A stretch of DNA of 63,691 nucleotides, filler included, from Folioceros fuciformis (GCA_049999805.1; 11 parts of 11 records of this genome joined end to end with filler, not necessarily neighbours in it), one strand, 5' to 3'. Counted from the first letter of the whole stretch, positions 1-12,891 are shown. Made by a program: numbers and translations. The notes: generated by a model not told the origin, from the letters alone.

Positions 1-59
1 AACTCGGCTAGTTAGTTGACCAAGTGTAGGGTTACCCCTTCGTCAGGTATGGCCTACTT

Positions 60-1625
60 ACCATCAAGGCCACTGAAGTCACCTCCGTTGCGCTTGATGT
101 TGTCCGAAAAATCGCGTTTGTCAAGGCCTTTCGTTGCGCAATCGAAACCTGTTGCCGAAAACATGCCACCATGCCGGATAGGAGAAACCCTACGCCGCTC
201 TTGCTGATGTGATGGACCTTCGCGCATGTCTTGAAAAACTTGGAAAAATCCTTACTTATGGCCTCATACGTTGCAATAGCAAGGGGGTTGAACCAGTGAC
301 CCTTCTACATGGGCCTGTACTTGCAAGTCCTTTTTGTCGCACTTCCTTCTGCTGCCCAACCCGGGGGATTGATAATGACATACTCGCTGATGGTTGTCCG
401 AGTGGGGTTTGTGATCACCACATCTGCTATTGAAACCTAGTCCTCCTTGGTCAAGAAAAGGTTTGCAATGAGAGAGACACCATTTAGCAAGGCATATGGG
501 CGCTTCTTGTAGGGGAAGAAGCCACCCTCCTTGCTCAAAGAAAACATAACGTCCCTCACTGCATTATGGGTGGCGATGCGCTGCCCGCCCAATAGGGCAA
601 CACACCAGGTGGCTCTCGAGGTCATCGAGGGGGACCCCATAGCTACAAGAAGAGAGAGACCAAGCCAACAGCTGGACCAAGCCTAGGCGGAACCTCATCG
701 CGGTAGAGAAAGAAGCTGGTGCGATTCGAAAAGCTTGGATGCATGGACGGGCCAACAACCAAGAGCCAGTGCCCATCCCCGAACAAGATCGAAGGCGTGC
801 CTGAGCCTGCTTGTCAATAGAGGAATCTAACATGAGGGCTTGCAACTCTTGTCCATAATGCTTTTCCATGAGGGTGCCCTGAAAGCCCCCTCATACCTCC
901 ACAAAGGAAGGAGGAAAAAGAAGGCATGACCAATCGAGCTTTTGAGGATAAGAGATCTTGGGCCCTCTTGAGGGACTCTTGGAGGGGGAATGACCTCTCC
1001 TCAACTCCCGTGACAAAACTTTCCAAAACGCCTGAGTTTCCAATGGAGAAGCGAGTCACTAAAGCTGGGAAAGAGAGTGCCCAACTACTAAGAAAAGTAG
1101 CTGGCATTGAGGCCTCTATTGCTAGTAGCCCAATGCCGCCTGAAGCAATGAGTAGGGATGCCTGTCTCTTAGCAAAATCACCTGCAATACAATCGAATGA
1201 ACCCGGGCCAACAATGTCCCCTAATTCCTTCAATACTTGCTTGTCGAAGTCCCTTAATTTGGGAAGAAAATCTAGGGATGGAGGCACTGTGCGGATGAGG
1301 TACTCGGGGCATCCCGCAAAGCAAGTGGAGAGGATGCTATAGGCCACCTGTGGGTCCCCAAGCTGATGAAGGTCCTCAATGTGCACCAAATCCTCTGCCA
1401 AAGCTGCACCCACAAATTTGCGGATGAAGTCGGGGGAGCCAACAAGGACCCCCAAGACACCAATCCCCAACAGAAAATCGATGTTCCCCTCTGGAAATTG
1501 TAGAGATGGAGTGATACTAGATGGAGACCAAATCTTACACTTGGAAGTCTTGACTTTTAGGCCCAAGAGCAAGAGCTCCTTTGAGAAAAGCTCAAAGGCT
1601 TCCTTAACCTTATCCCCTAGACCCA
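60..1625 (-). mobile_element. Degenerate CRE-like non-LTR retrotransposon (RT C-terminal part, zinc knuckle, restriction-like endonuclease)
   Basis: Minus-strand frames give GLKVKTSKC, VLGVLVGSPDF, QASLLIASGGIGL, ARLRSCSG-G-GSWL, FSTAMRFRLGL and C..C..HLVCC..HNAVRD. Below 436 they give DVVITNP..AA..K..KY..FNPLAIAT..FRQQVSIA. This motif order is typical of RLE-type elements. Frameshifts and stops are present. Confidence 0.8.
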
Positions 1626-1724
1626 GGAGACAACTCTTACGTCATAAGCGGTAATTGAAAGGGCTCCAAAGTGAGCTATATTAAAGATAATCTTCTTAAG
1701 GGATCCATTTTTTTTGAATTCCCT

Positions 1725-1936
1725 TAGTTGGGTTGTCCATTTTTTTACTAAGGATAGATGAAAATTAAGTATGAAAATAATTAAATTCCTTAGATTAAGT
1801 ATCCATTCATTAGTTTCCAATCACTTCTTTGCACTGTAGTTAGGTTGTCCATTTTTGTTACTAAGGGTAGATGAAAATTAAGTATAGAAATAATTAAATT
1901 CCTTAGATTAAGTATCCATTCATTCACTTCTTTGCA
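1725..1936. repeat. Tandem duplication, two ~100-110 bp AT-rich units
   Basis: TAGTTRGGTTGTCCATTTTT...GATGAAAATTAAGTAT...TTCCTTAGATTAAGTATCCATTCATT...TCACTTCTTTGCA occurs at 1725 and again at 1837. Confidence 0.9.
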
Positions 1937-2265
1937 GGAAACCACTTTAAATGTGTATAGACAGGCTTGAATCCATTGGTGAACTAAGCCTGTGGTATAA
2001 TGTACCGCTATTTATGTATGTTCCCACTGGGTATAAAAAGTGGAAAGTGACGGGGAAGGGCAGATGCACATGTCTTCTTAGCGTTTGTGGAGGGACCCTG
2101 TGTTGCAAAGTACCTACGTCGCTCTCGTTCGCAGTGTGCTTCCTCTCCTTCGCTGCTCCGCGTGCGTGTGCTGCAATTCTCTGGTCACCTCTTCGTGCAT
2201 TTGGACCTCATTCCTCGCGGCGTCAAGCTCCCAATCGTGCGTTCATCTCGCTCCATCTCGCAGCA

Positions 2266-3582
2266 ATGGCATCCACAGGCCCGAACAACATGCAGGCTAA
2301 GCTGGTACGTTGCCTTTTCCGCCCCGGCGTGGAGCTTTGTGCCACCTTTTGAGTGGGAGAGGTGGATTAGGGATCGTTGGATGTGGTGTGGTTGCACACT
2401 CGCTGGTGCTGTAGGCACGCCTCATGCGAGGCTTTGGAGATGCTAGCCTAGGGTTTAGTTAATTGTTGACACGGGGAGTGGCATCGCGCAGGTGCTTCTC
2501 GGGGATATGGGAGCTGGAAAGTCCAGTCTCGTTCTGCGGTTCGTGAAGGGCCAGTTCTTCGAAAATCAGGTTGGTGTGACGGGTTTGGGATTCGGTGTGG
2601 AGTTTGGTAGGGTGTGGAAGTGGGCCTGAGGTGTCGTGGTTTCTTTTTCTCTTGTGCAGGAATCGACCATCGGTGCAGCTTTCCTTACGCAGACGCTGGC
2701 TGTTAACGAAACTACCGTGAAGTTTGAGATCTGGGATACTGCAGGACAAGAGCGGTACCAAAGTTTGGCGCCTATGTACTACAGGGGTGCAGCAGCAGCT
2801 GTTATTGTGTATGACATCACGCATCCGGTGAGTGGTGGCGTGGTTGTGCGTGTTCTGTAGCTTGTGGGAGGAGGATTGAGGGTGTGATGCTGGTTGTGGG
2901 AGTGTGGTTGGGCTGAATTCTGTGTCTGCTTGCAGGATTCCTTTTCCAGAGCAAAGAAGTGGGTACAAGAGCTTCAAAGGCAAGGTATCATGCACCTGGA
3001 TTACGGGGCGATATCTGTTGGTTGTGCAAGTGTGTCAGCGGTCCTCTCCTTGTGGCGCACTGACCCAGTCTTGTGCGAATTGTAGGGAACCCGAATCTTG
3101 TGATGGCACTTGCAGCAAACAAGGCTGATTTAGCTGCAAAGAGGAAGATCGAAGCAGAGGTAGGAAGGTGTCATGCTCAGTGTGCATGCAGGCTTTGAAG
3201 TTTGTTTACTTGGAAGTTTTTACGTCTGCTTGGAAGGTTCAACCTCCAGTCAGCAGGTGTTGGGACTACATCCTGAAAAGTTTCGATTTTCGCAGGAGGG
3301 ACAAGCGTACGCAGATGAGAACGGTCTTTTCTTCATGGAAACATCAGCGAAGACTGCACAGAACGTCAACGAACTTTTCTATGAGATTGGTAGGTGTCCA
3401 CGCGTGATCAGGTTGTACCCCAGAAGGCATGAACTTGAAGAGCCCGCACTGACGGTTGGACGAATTTTTCCCTCCTTGCAGCTAGAAAGTTGCCAAAGGC
3501 TCAACCAGCCCAGCCGCAGGGGTTATTGCTGACTGAAAAGGCTCCAGCCAAGCTTCCTTCTCGAGCTGGGTGCTGTACGTAG
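2266..3582 (+). CDS. RABF2: Rab5-family small GTPase (RABF2/ARA7/RHA1 type), 7 exons
   Basis: Spliced GT-AG exons read [62 protein letters not shown] and end in GCCT* (prenylation CC; TAG at 3580-3582). There is no ARA6-type N-terminal acylation extension. Confidence 0.96.
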
Positions 3583-4139
3583 ACCCTCCATGGCCGCGGA
3601 GTGGCTCCACGAGCTGTGGCGCATTGTGTACACAAGCATCATTCACCGACCTCGTGTCATCAAGCTTTTTTGTGTATAGCCCGACTAATTGGCCACAGGC
3701 AGATCATCGGCTTGTGGAGTGTCTTGTATGCCTTTTCGTTGACAAGGTTAAAAAGACTCTCTGGTTCATGGATGGAAGTCTATGTGAGTGGGAAGTACGA
3801 CCAGGAGGAGAAGTGATTTGTTGTAGGACTTCTGAAGCTTGAGTGGACACCGTTCTTGAGAATGCGCCATTCGTGCCGTGCCTTAACATGAAACTATGTG
3901 TAGAGTCAGTGTACTCCATGCTTCATTTCCTCTGCCCGAGTGAGTACCTACGGATTTGCCAGCGGGCCTTCAACGAAGCGGAGGTTTTGGGAAGATGCAC
4001 CCTAAAGTTGACTGTGTTTTCTTATGAGAATTTAAATTATTGGACTGATGACGTATGTATGTACAATGGTTTAAGTGATATTGTCGATCATCTAATATCC
4101 ACCGGACTGAAGGTGCAGAGCACCTGAGGCCTCATGCGT

Positions 4140-4928
4140 TTGGTCCGTTCTCTTCCAACAGCGAGCAGGAGGGGACACCTTCAGGCAGAGTACTAGCACA
4201 TTCTCGTGTTACACAGGAGATGCTTCTGAAAGGCTCTGAGTGGACATGACACAGAAATCGGAACCACCGGTTTCGTGTGTGGTGACCTATGCATGCAACA
4301 GAAGCTGGATGAGATAAGTTGTATCATGGGTCCCATGCATACAGCCTTGTGAGCAGGTCGGGTACTCCGTTGGAGGTTGTAAAAATACAAGAGCGCATTG
4401 TGAGGCTGCGTACAATCAGTGTCTAGTACGTATTATGGGCATACGCAACCGTCCAGCCGTCCTGGCCATCTGAAGCATCTTCTGGGCAAACTCTGGGAAG
4501 CTGCTGGCAGATGTACCCCAACCGCAGAGTCAGGGTGTCGTTGGATGAGAAAGTGGAAGTGAGAGTCCAGCTCTTCCAGAGGATGGGTGCCAGCAAACAG
4601 TGATTGGCCCGTTGGGTGTGGATGAAGCCCGGTCTAGACCGGCATCCATGCACCACATAGAAAAACAATTGACTTTTTTCTTCGCCTGGCTGGATTCCCA
4701 GCTGGAATCGGGGGTTTTTTTGGAGTTCCAGCCGGACTCGGCTTCTGGCGAGTAGCCAAAGCGACGCGTTCCAGAAACAGAAGGAGAAGGAGATGGCAAG
4801 GCGGGAAAGCCAAGGAAAGGGAAGGAAAGCTCACAACGGATCCAAAGGGAAGGAAGGAAGAGGAAGATGGCAGCAACTATAACAGCAACAGCAACGCCTC
4901 GAGGTAGTCGTTCGTTCGCCAGAAGCAT
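4140..4928 (-). pseudogene. Possible decayed type II membrane protein gene, family unassigned
   Basis: ATG at 4928 is followed by a hydrophobic segment (GVAVAVIVAAIFLFLPSLW) and a Pro/Ser stem. Coding-like text then continues in shifted frames with in-frame stops. No family motif recognised. Confidence 0.25.
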
Positions 4929-6484
4929 GATGTGTCGTAATGTCAGCAGGATCTTTCTCGACAAATATGCGTCTGTTATCTTATGATTTGTGCCCACAAA
5001 TGGTGGCGGTGATGGCGACTTGCGCTGCAATCCCCACCGCAGCCAGCCCATCCCATGGCATCCAGCGGGAGTAAACAAATCGGATTGCCCTAATTCCTGC
5101 CAGTATTCGTTGCATGTGGAAGTGGGGCCTCCCTCACCGCGGTCTCGTGTCGGAGGCATTTAGGGCAGTGCAGCAGCAAAGCAGTTGTGCTTGGCCGTCA
5201 TTCGTCGCTTCACCGTGTCGACGACTCCCGGGTCTCTTCTGTACCTGCGAGCACCGATCTGCCCAACGCTCTGCCACTTCCTCCTGTCGGAAGGAGAAAG
5301 CAGCAGGGCATGGGCATCATCCAACCGCCCACCAACTTCCGTCCCACGCCTGAGGCAGCCCCGGCCCGGCTGCCCCTCCCCTGCCGAATTGCCACGACTC
5401 GTCGTCTGCCCCTGGCCTGCACGCGCTCCTGCATGCCACACCAAAGCGGACTGCGGACTGCGGACTGAGGGAGGACCAGCGGCCAGTCTACGTCCATGAT
5501 TTTTTTACACGTTTCTCCTGGGTATCTGAGGGCACATCTGTCCATGATTCCTGTCTGGGTTGAGGCACGGCACCAGAGCAGGTGGGCGTGAACCTTGAAC
5601 CCTGGAACCTCAGCGACGAAAGCCCCTGGACGACGGCCTTGCTTGCGTTCAGGCCCTGATGGAAGGGTTCAGCGCCAGCTGATCACTGCAGGTGCTGAGC
5701 GCTGATGAGGGCCTGAACGTCAGACAGAATTCTCCAATGTGGGTTCTCATCAGAGCGGGGGGCCTCGGCTCATGAGGCCTATGCTTTCAGACTTCCGTCG
5801 TGGGGCGAAGCTCTTGTACGATGTGTGCATAGTGCACTGTAGATTTTAGAAAAGGACACAGATGTGGACTTATGATGGCAGTGGCAGATGGTGCACATGA
5901 CCCGGTCGGGTAGCGTGTGATGTTCGAAATTTGAAGGTGTTTGAAAGCGGAAAAAAAAAAGAGTTGTTTCGGGAGAAGATACAAAGAGTGCGAGGACGGG
6001 AGGCAGTGGCGTCCCCGGCGCCATCCCAGGGACGAAACAACCCAGATGCTGCTATCTATGCAGATACAAACATTCTATAAATTGTATATGTATAGGGTTT
6101 ATTGGAATGAGGGACGTGGAGCCTGCGCCTGATCTCGATCCTGATTCTGCAACTGCCCCTGCACGTGAGAAAAAGACGAAGGGAAGACGAAACCGGGAGG
6201 AAGCCGAGCCCCGACTGCAGATCCCATGAGGAGTCATGTCATGTCACACAGCATGCCCTGGGTACTCAGCGCCGAGTGCAGTGCAGAGCAGAGCAATAGC
6301 TGCCTCCCACAGCCAGCTCCACTGCAAACAAACGGAACGCAGCTGTCCCGTCAGCTGGGCAGGTCACCAGGTAGCGGCGCACGCCATTTCCTCCGTAGCA
6401 CTGTGGAAGTGCGGGCCCCCCCCCCGGTGCATTATTTTTTTTCTTGTGTCAGGAGCAAGGAGTGACTTTGGGTCAGAGGGGTGG

Positions 6485-6584
6485 NNNNNNNNNNNNNNNN
6501 NNNNNNNNNNNNNNNNNNNNNNNNNNNNTTAATTAATTAANNNNNNNNNNNNNNNNNNNNNNNNNNNNNNNNNNNNNNNNNNNN
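6485..6584. other. Artificial contig linker (44N-TTAATTAATTAA-44N); identical linkers at 12116-12215, 28394-28493, 35905-36004, 40492-40591, 46242-46341, 52840-52939, 57054-57153, 59676-59775, 61286-61385
   Basis: Ten identical 100-nt blocks. TTAATTAATTAA places stops in all six frames. Confidence 0.99.
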
Positions 6585-8995
6585 GTACGCCGTCTAAACC
6601 TGTTGTCTCTCCTCTGCGACCTATTGCCTCCCCTCTGCAGCCCGTGCAATCGCCGCTGCAGTCCATTGCGTCTCCACCCAGGCCCACACAGCCCTACACT
6701 CCACCTTTGACAAGTCCTGTCACCAGGGACTTGTTCGACCAAAAGCAGAATGCTGCCCCTGTAGTTGAAAAAGAAAAAGAGGCGGCTTTGCCGGAATTGA
6801 CTACTGAAGAGGTTGGAGTCGTCCAGGATGACAAGCCACCTCCTTTAGCTGGACCCAATGTCATGAACGTGGTCGTGGTGGCGGCGGAGTGTGCCCCGTG
6901 GTCCAAGACAGGTAAGCCTCTCCTGCATCCGGCTCTTTCCCACGCTGTAGGAGGGAGGGGCATCCATTCTTTCAAGTGGAGCTAATTTTCTTTTCGTGCC
7001 TGGATAGGGGGTCTTGGTGACGTCGTTGGAGCTCTACCCAAGGCGCTGGCAAGGCGTGGCCACCGTGTGATGGTAGTCACTCAGTCAGCTCCGTCGGCTT
7101 TCTCTTACTCACAGAGCTGTTTGACTTTCTGAGAAGGTTTTCGGAGGTACTTTTAACTTTCAGATTGGTTGCAGGTTGTGGCCCCTCGCTACAGCAACTA
7201 TGCAGAGGCCTGGGAGACTGGAGTGCGAAAGATTTACAATGTTGCTGGACAGGTAGGCTTTCATTTCTGCCTACCATTGCGTGATACTGTCCTGCAGAGG
7301 TTGTTTGCTCTCTCTGTTCCAGATTTTGGCAGTCCTTACCTGTATACTTTGAGACAGACATTCATAGTAAACGCTGAAATTTTTCCATGGTGGAGGCAGG
7401 ATATGGAGGTGGGCTACTTCCACGGTTACATTGATGGTGTTGACTATGTTTTTGTAGACAATCATGTGTTCCATTGCTGGGCTGGGAACATTTATGGTGG
7501 GGGCCGTGAGGTAATCTTTGTGACCAGCCCTAGCAGTAATTGTCAGATCTAGGCAACGGTCTGGATGCGCTATGCTCATCAGCCCGTGGGAACTGGGTGC
7601 AGGAAGTTTTGGGTCGCATGATTCTTCTGTGTAAAGCTGCAGTTGAGGTAAAGCCCTTGTGTTAGCAATGTCAGGTATTTGTCCACTGATTGCTCAGAAT
7701 ATGTTTGGGTGCACTCACCTCGCTTTTCTGACAGGCACCCTGGCATGTTCCGTGTGGTGGTGTCCCATATGGTGATGGAAATCTTGTGTTCATTGCCAAT
7801 GACTGGCACACTGCGCTTCTTCCAGTTTATCTGCAAGCCTACTACCGGGATGTGGGCCTCATGCAGTTCACCCGCTCCGTGCTGGTTATACACAACATGG
7901 CACATCAGGTGGGCTGACTGTGAGCCGTCCCAACGCTTTCTCTGTTAAGTATTGAGCATTTGGTTTCTGCTCTTTTACAGTTTACTTCTGTCAAGCAGAA
8001 CTAGCCACGCATGACAAACTTGTGTGCGCATCCTGCAGGGCCGAGGACCTTTTGTAGAATTTGGAATGCTCGGGCTGCCCCCACACTATGCAGACAAGTT
8101 TCGACTATTTGATCCCATCGGTGGAGAACATTGTAATATTTTCATGGCAGGGCTTGTCACTGCTCATCGAATAGTTGCTGTCAGCCATGGCTATGCCCGG
8201 GAATGTCAGACTCAGGAAGGAGGGTGGGGACTTGATGGTGTCGTTCGGGAGCACAGTTGGAAGTTACGAGGTGTTGTGAATGGCATTGATGACAAGGAAT
8301 GGAACCCTGAGATTGATGCGTATCTAAAGACTGATGGCTATGTCAACTACTCAATAGATACTTTGAGTAGTGGAAAACTTGCGTGCAAGGCAGCACTGCA
8401 GAGGGAGCTGGGGTTGCCAGCGCGGGCTGACGTACCTCTCATTGGTTTCATTGGTCGACTAGACTACCAGAAAGGTGTAGACATCATTGCAGACGCAATG
8501 CCCTGGATGATGGATCAGGACCTACAGCTGGTCATGTTGGGCACTGGCCGCGCAGACTTGGAGAACATGCTTCGGACGTTTGAAGGAAATCATCGGGACA
8601 AAGTTCGGGGATGGGTGGGGTTTTCTGTCGCTACAGCACATCGAATAACAGCAGGAGTGGACATTTTGCTGATGCCCTCTCGGTTTGAACCTTGTGGGTT
8701 GAATCAATTGTATGCTATGCGATATGGAACAGTTCCGGTGGTTCATTCTGTTGGTGGGCTCAGGGACACTGTTCATCCATTTGACCCGTTTTCGGACACT
8801 GGCCTAGGGTGGACCTTTGAGCATGCAGAGGCATCGGGACTCATTCACGCTTTGGGTAATGCCATGTGGACGTTCAGGGATTTCAAACCAAGCTGGTTAG
8901 GAATCCAAAAGCGGGGTATGAGTCAAGATTTGAGCTGGGACAACGCAGCTCAGCAGTATGAGGAAGTTCTTTTGGCAGCCAAATACCAGTGGTAG
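6585..8995 (+). CDS. SS2: Soluble starch synthase II, 5' end missing in gap
   Basis: [48 protein letters not shown] (KTGGL ADP-glucose motif), [53 protein letters not shown] and a C-terminal AAKYQW*. GT-AG introns. Confidence 0.96.
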
Positions 8996-9791
8996 AAGAT
9001 ACATGGTGGCAGCTCGGAAGCACTGCGCTTGGGGGAAACTGCACACTCGAATGTTGGGGTGCCCCAGGTCGAGAGGGAATGGTTGCACTTTCGCATCAAC
9101 GTTCGGGAGAGTGGATATGGAGCTCAGGCCCTGGGTCGTGAGGAGGAGAACAAGTCTCCCTGACGATGTACTCCTATCCAATGCCCTCGTACTCACTTGT
9201 AAATTTGTACTCAGCTGTCAGTGCAGTCGTGCCGCCGGCTTGTTTGGTGTCTTTGTATACTATTTTTTCGATTGAAGTGGAAATTGGAGCACAGTCGCTT
9301 GACATGGTCACGGCTCACTTTCGTCTTTGACCTTAAGTCAAATTGAGGACTACGAATTACACACGTTGGTTGCTTGGAAACGAGTGTGCAGATGCATTAG
9401 AGACAGGATGAGGTGCAAACACACGATGCATTTTTGTTTTCCCCAAGCGATTATGTCCTGATACTTTCAATTGCCCGTCTTTCCTCCCGTCGCTGAACGT
9501 CATCAGGACATCATGCAAGGTGGGCAAATAGCCCCAACAAGCGAAAGGTCGGGCAAAGAGTCCCAGCAGCTTGCTACGGCCCGAAACTAATTCAAGAAGC
9601 AGACTAAAAGCCTGGTGGAGCTAAAGGAAAAATAGCTAAGTCTTTCTTAAATGAGCGAGACTTAGATATTAGAGATATAGATCCAGAAGACGTGCTTAGT
9701 TTACAAACAAGACAGGACAAAGGACTTTTGTTTAGGAAGTTTGATCAATCCCAATGATCGTAGAGCGTTTTACTACATATCTCTTTTTGTA

Positions 9792-9946
9792 ACGTTTTGT
9801 GCTGCAGGCTAACCAGGACAACCAGACGTTTTGTGCTGCAGACTAATCAGGACATTTTGTGCTGCAGGCTAACCAGGACAACCAGGACAACCAGGACGTT
9901 TTGTGCTGCAGGCTGATCAGGACAATCAGGACGTTTCGTGCTGCAG
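9792..9946. repeat. Minisatellite, five ACGTTTTGTGCTGCAG cores separated by variable numbers of AACCAGGAC-like subunits
   Basis: Directly visible tandem units of about 26-44 bp. Confidence 0.9.
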
Positions 9947-10940
9947 TGTGCAAGGCAAACAAAAACTTTTTTGTGATCGGGTATGGCAGGCATAAGTGAG
10001 TGTAATGCGGGTCGTTTGTCATGAGAATGCTGGTCTATATGTCCTGAAGACTAATGTTCTTCGCTTTCTCCTCGACCAGGTAGCTGCCCTGTTGTGAGAC
10101 TGAGACGCAAAGTTTTGCCTCACAGAAGCGTGGTGCTCAAACCAGATGCAGCTACTGGCGGGTTTTTGACCTTTTGCAGGAGCAAAGTGGAAAAGCATTT
10201 CAGGATTGGGGGAAGAACGGATCAAGCAGGGAAATGTGCACGTAGAAACTCACCAATCTGGCAACAACAAGTGACATTCCTGGAATCTGACACAGAGTAT
10301 GTCCTCAGTCTCGTGCTGAGCAACATGACCATGAGACACAGATCACATTGGCTTAAATACGATAGAATTTAAATTTGCCTACATACGCCAGTTTTCCAAT
10401 GCCATAGTAAAAATGATAATGTAGCATTGGCATCTTGTCATCGTTCGCAAACGTGAACTCAGAGCTTAGATGCCGTAGACACTATGAGCCTGCATCTGCT
10501 TCAGAGGGAACCAAAAAGGATGGGAAGCCCTTCGGGCATCCACCCCCGGCCTCCTCTTCTTCCCCTTCACTCTACAAGTGCCAGCCTGCCTGCCTGCTGA
10601 ATATCTGCATTCCTGGCCGTATCCCTTTCCCTTCAATGATACAAAACGAAGCCCCAGCTGAAAGTGTTGATCCGCCTTGCCCCCAAAAAAAACACCCATG
10701 TCGGACTGGCAGAACAGCATAGAGCATCGTTCACCAGCCTAATATGGTTCTCCCTCAGAGGCATCTCCCCTCCTCATCTGTAAGAAAAAGCAACCTGCTG
10801 AAGATAGAGCTCCCGACAGGCGAAACAGAAAGCGGCGGGAGAAGCCATGGATCCATAAAAACCCAGCTTCCCTCTTGAATCCTAGAGCAAGGGCCAGAGG
10901 AGGGCATGACAAGAGCAAGAGCAAGGGCAAGAAGAGGGAG

Positions 10941-12115
10941 CTAGGGCAGGGGGAGGAGGATGGAATCCACGAAGGACGGGGTGCCGTTGTTAGGCGCGGC
11001 GGAGACGTTGAGGATGGCGGCCATGACGTTGTAGAGCTGCACGTTCTCGAAGGAAGGGACCTTGCGGCCCCGAGCGAAGCGGGGACCGGAGGCCATGAAG
11101 ATGGGGCGCATGGAAAGGAGGGCGTTGTCATAGCCGTGCGATCCCCCGCAGCAATGGACGTCGCTGCGGCTGCGCATCACCTTGTAGCCCTCGTCCACGA
11201 TGCCCACAATAGGCCACACTCGGTCGCTGGTGCTGTACATTAGACGGGACGGGAGGTCCTCCTTGAGGTAGAGCTTGAGGTGATCCGCGTTGTCCGCCTC
11301 CGAGGACTTGAGGGCGCGGGAGACGTTGGCAAAAAGCGCCGGGACGTCGACCCCCGGGGGCGGGGAGATGGCTAGCAGGGGACTGAGGGAATCCAGCCAC
11401 GAGTCCGGGATGTGGTCGAAGGGATCCAGGTCGTCCAGGTAGATGACGCGGGAGTCGCAGTTGCCCACCATGCCGTGGTCCCCAAGCAGGATGACCGTGA
11501 CGTCGTCAGAGACGTTGCGTGCGTCCAGCCCGTCCAGGAGGCGGCCCACGTGGAGGTCGATGGCGGCGACGGCGATGTCGATGGCGGGGTGGTCGGGGCC
11601 GACTTCGTGGCCCGGGTGGTCCGGCACCTCGAAGTAGAGGGAGATGAAGGCCGGGCGCTGAGAGTCCGGGAGGTCCAGGTACCCCAGCACCGTGTCCACC
11701 CGCTGGTCGAAGGGCACGCTCCCGTTGTACTGCTGGCAGAAGGCGGGCGGGCAGTTCCATGGCGGCTTCACGACCTCGGAGCCCGGCCAGAAGAAAGTGG
11801 CCGCCGGGATGCCTGCCTTGGCGCACGTCTCCCAGATGGGCTCGCCCAGCCACCACTTGGGGTCCAGGTTGCCCTGGGTGAAGCTGTCCGAGGAAGAAGG
11901 GTCCGGGTCCCGGAAGCTGTTGGCGATGATCCCGTGCCACGCCGGGTACAGGCCCGTGACAATAGAGTAGTGGTTGGGGAAAGTGAGCGTCGGGTAGACC
12001 GGGATCAGCCCCGCCTCCGCTTCCGTTCCATTCACCCTTATCCTGTCTAGATTGGGAGTTGGCACCTTGAAGTGGTACCCCCACCTGAAGCCATCCGCCG
12101 ACACCAGGATCACCA
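10941..12115 (-). CDS. Ectonucleotide pyrophosphatase/phosphodiesterase (NPP, alkaline phosphatase superfamily), intronless, 5' truncated
   Basis: 390-aa ORF with ILVSADGFRWGY, PVYPTLTFPNHYSIVTGLYP (catalytic Thr), KWWLGEPIW, PDHPGH, GDHGM, GSHGYDN and FENVQLYN. Confidence 0.95.
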
Positions 12116-12215
12116 NNNNNNNNNNNNNNNNNNNNNNNNNNNNNNNNNNNNNNNNNNNNTTAATTAATTAANNNNNNNNNNNNNNNNNNNNNNNNNNNNN
12201 NNNNNNNNNNNNNNN

Positions 12216-12656
12216 GTGGTGGTTCTCAACTCCGGGCTTCACGACGGGCAGCACTTCCCCACCGTGGAGAGCTTTGCGGAAGGGGCGGGGAGAGCTGCCC
12301 GGTTTTGGAAGGAGGTGTGGGGCGGGAGGGGTGTGGGGGCCCGGCCCCGGATGGTGTACAAGACCACCATAGCTCCGGCTGGGGAGAGTAGAGGGATGCA
12401 GTCCAATCCGCACAAGATGGAGGTGTTTAATAAAATTATGGTGGAGAAGATGCAGGCTGAAATGCCTGGGGTGGTGAAGGTGGTGGATGCGTTTGATTTG
12501 TCCTTTCCATGGCACTACGATAACAATTACAGTGATGGTGGGCACTACGGGAGAGCTCCCAATGTGGATAAGTGGCCTTGGTTCGGCCAGCCCCATCTGT
12601 ACTTCGTGGATGTCATGCTGGCCCATATCTTGCTGAATGCTGTCTGCCAACCCTGA
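12216..12656 (+). CDS. C-terminal fragment of an SGNH-hydrolase-like (NXPE/PC-esterase-like) plant protein, 5' truncated
   Basis: VVLNSGLHD (N-x-G-x-H block) and SDGGHYG (DxxH); ends VDVMLAHILLNAVCQP*. Confidence 0.75.
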   Translation: MVVLNSGLHDGQHFPTVESFAEGAGRAARFWKEVWGGRGVGARPRMVYKTTIAPAGESRGMQSNPHKMEVFNKIMVEKMQAEMPGVVKVVDAFDLSFPWHYDNNYSDGGHYGRAPNVDKWPWFGQPHLYFVDVMLAHILLNAVCQP

Positions 12657-12891
12657 AGCCCTCCCGGCATGAACCTCCTTCATGACTGGGCAACGCAGCC
12701 AACCACCTGGTGTTGCACAGTCGAAGTCTCTACACAGTGGCCTTCCCTTCACCTGGACAATGCCTTGCCCTGCCGTCCATCGACGTCATGTCACAGCCCC
12801 TAAATGGAGGTTAAAAAACTCGAAACAATGTTGGCCCCTCTGAGGTCTCCCGTCATATGAAGTCGAACAAAATAAAGAGGAGGCTCACCCT

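Noticed and set aside
5600..5760. CTGATGA motifs as a hammerhead ribozyme or H/ACA snoRNA
   Set aside because: No correctly placed stem II followed by GAAA, and the pocket-to-ACA spacing and two-hairpin layout do not fit. Kept only as an unassigned hairpin.
10739..12084. Long overlapping and antisense ORFs across the NPP gene (and similarly 44663-46293)
   Set aside because: Expected from very high GC and codon bias; no recognisable motifs.
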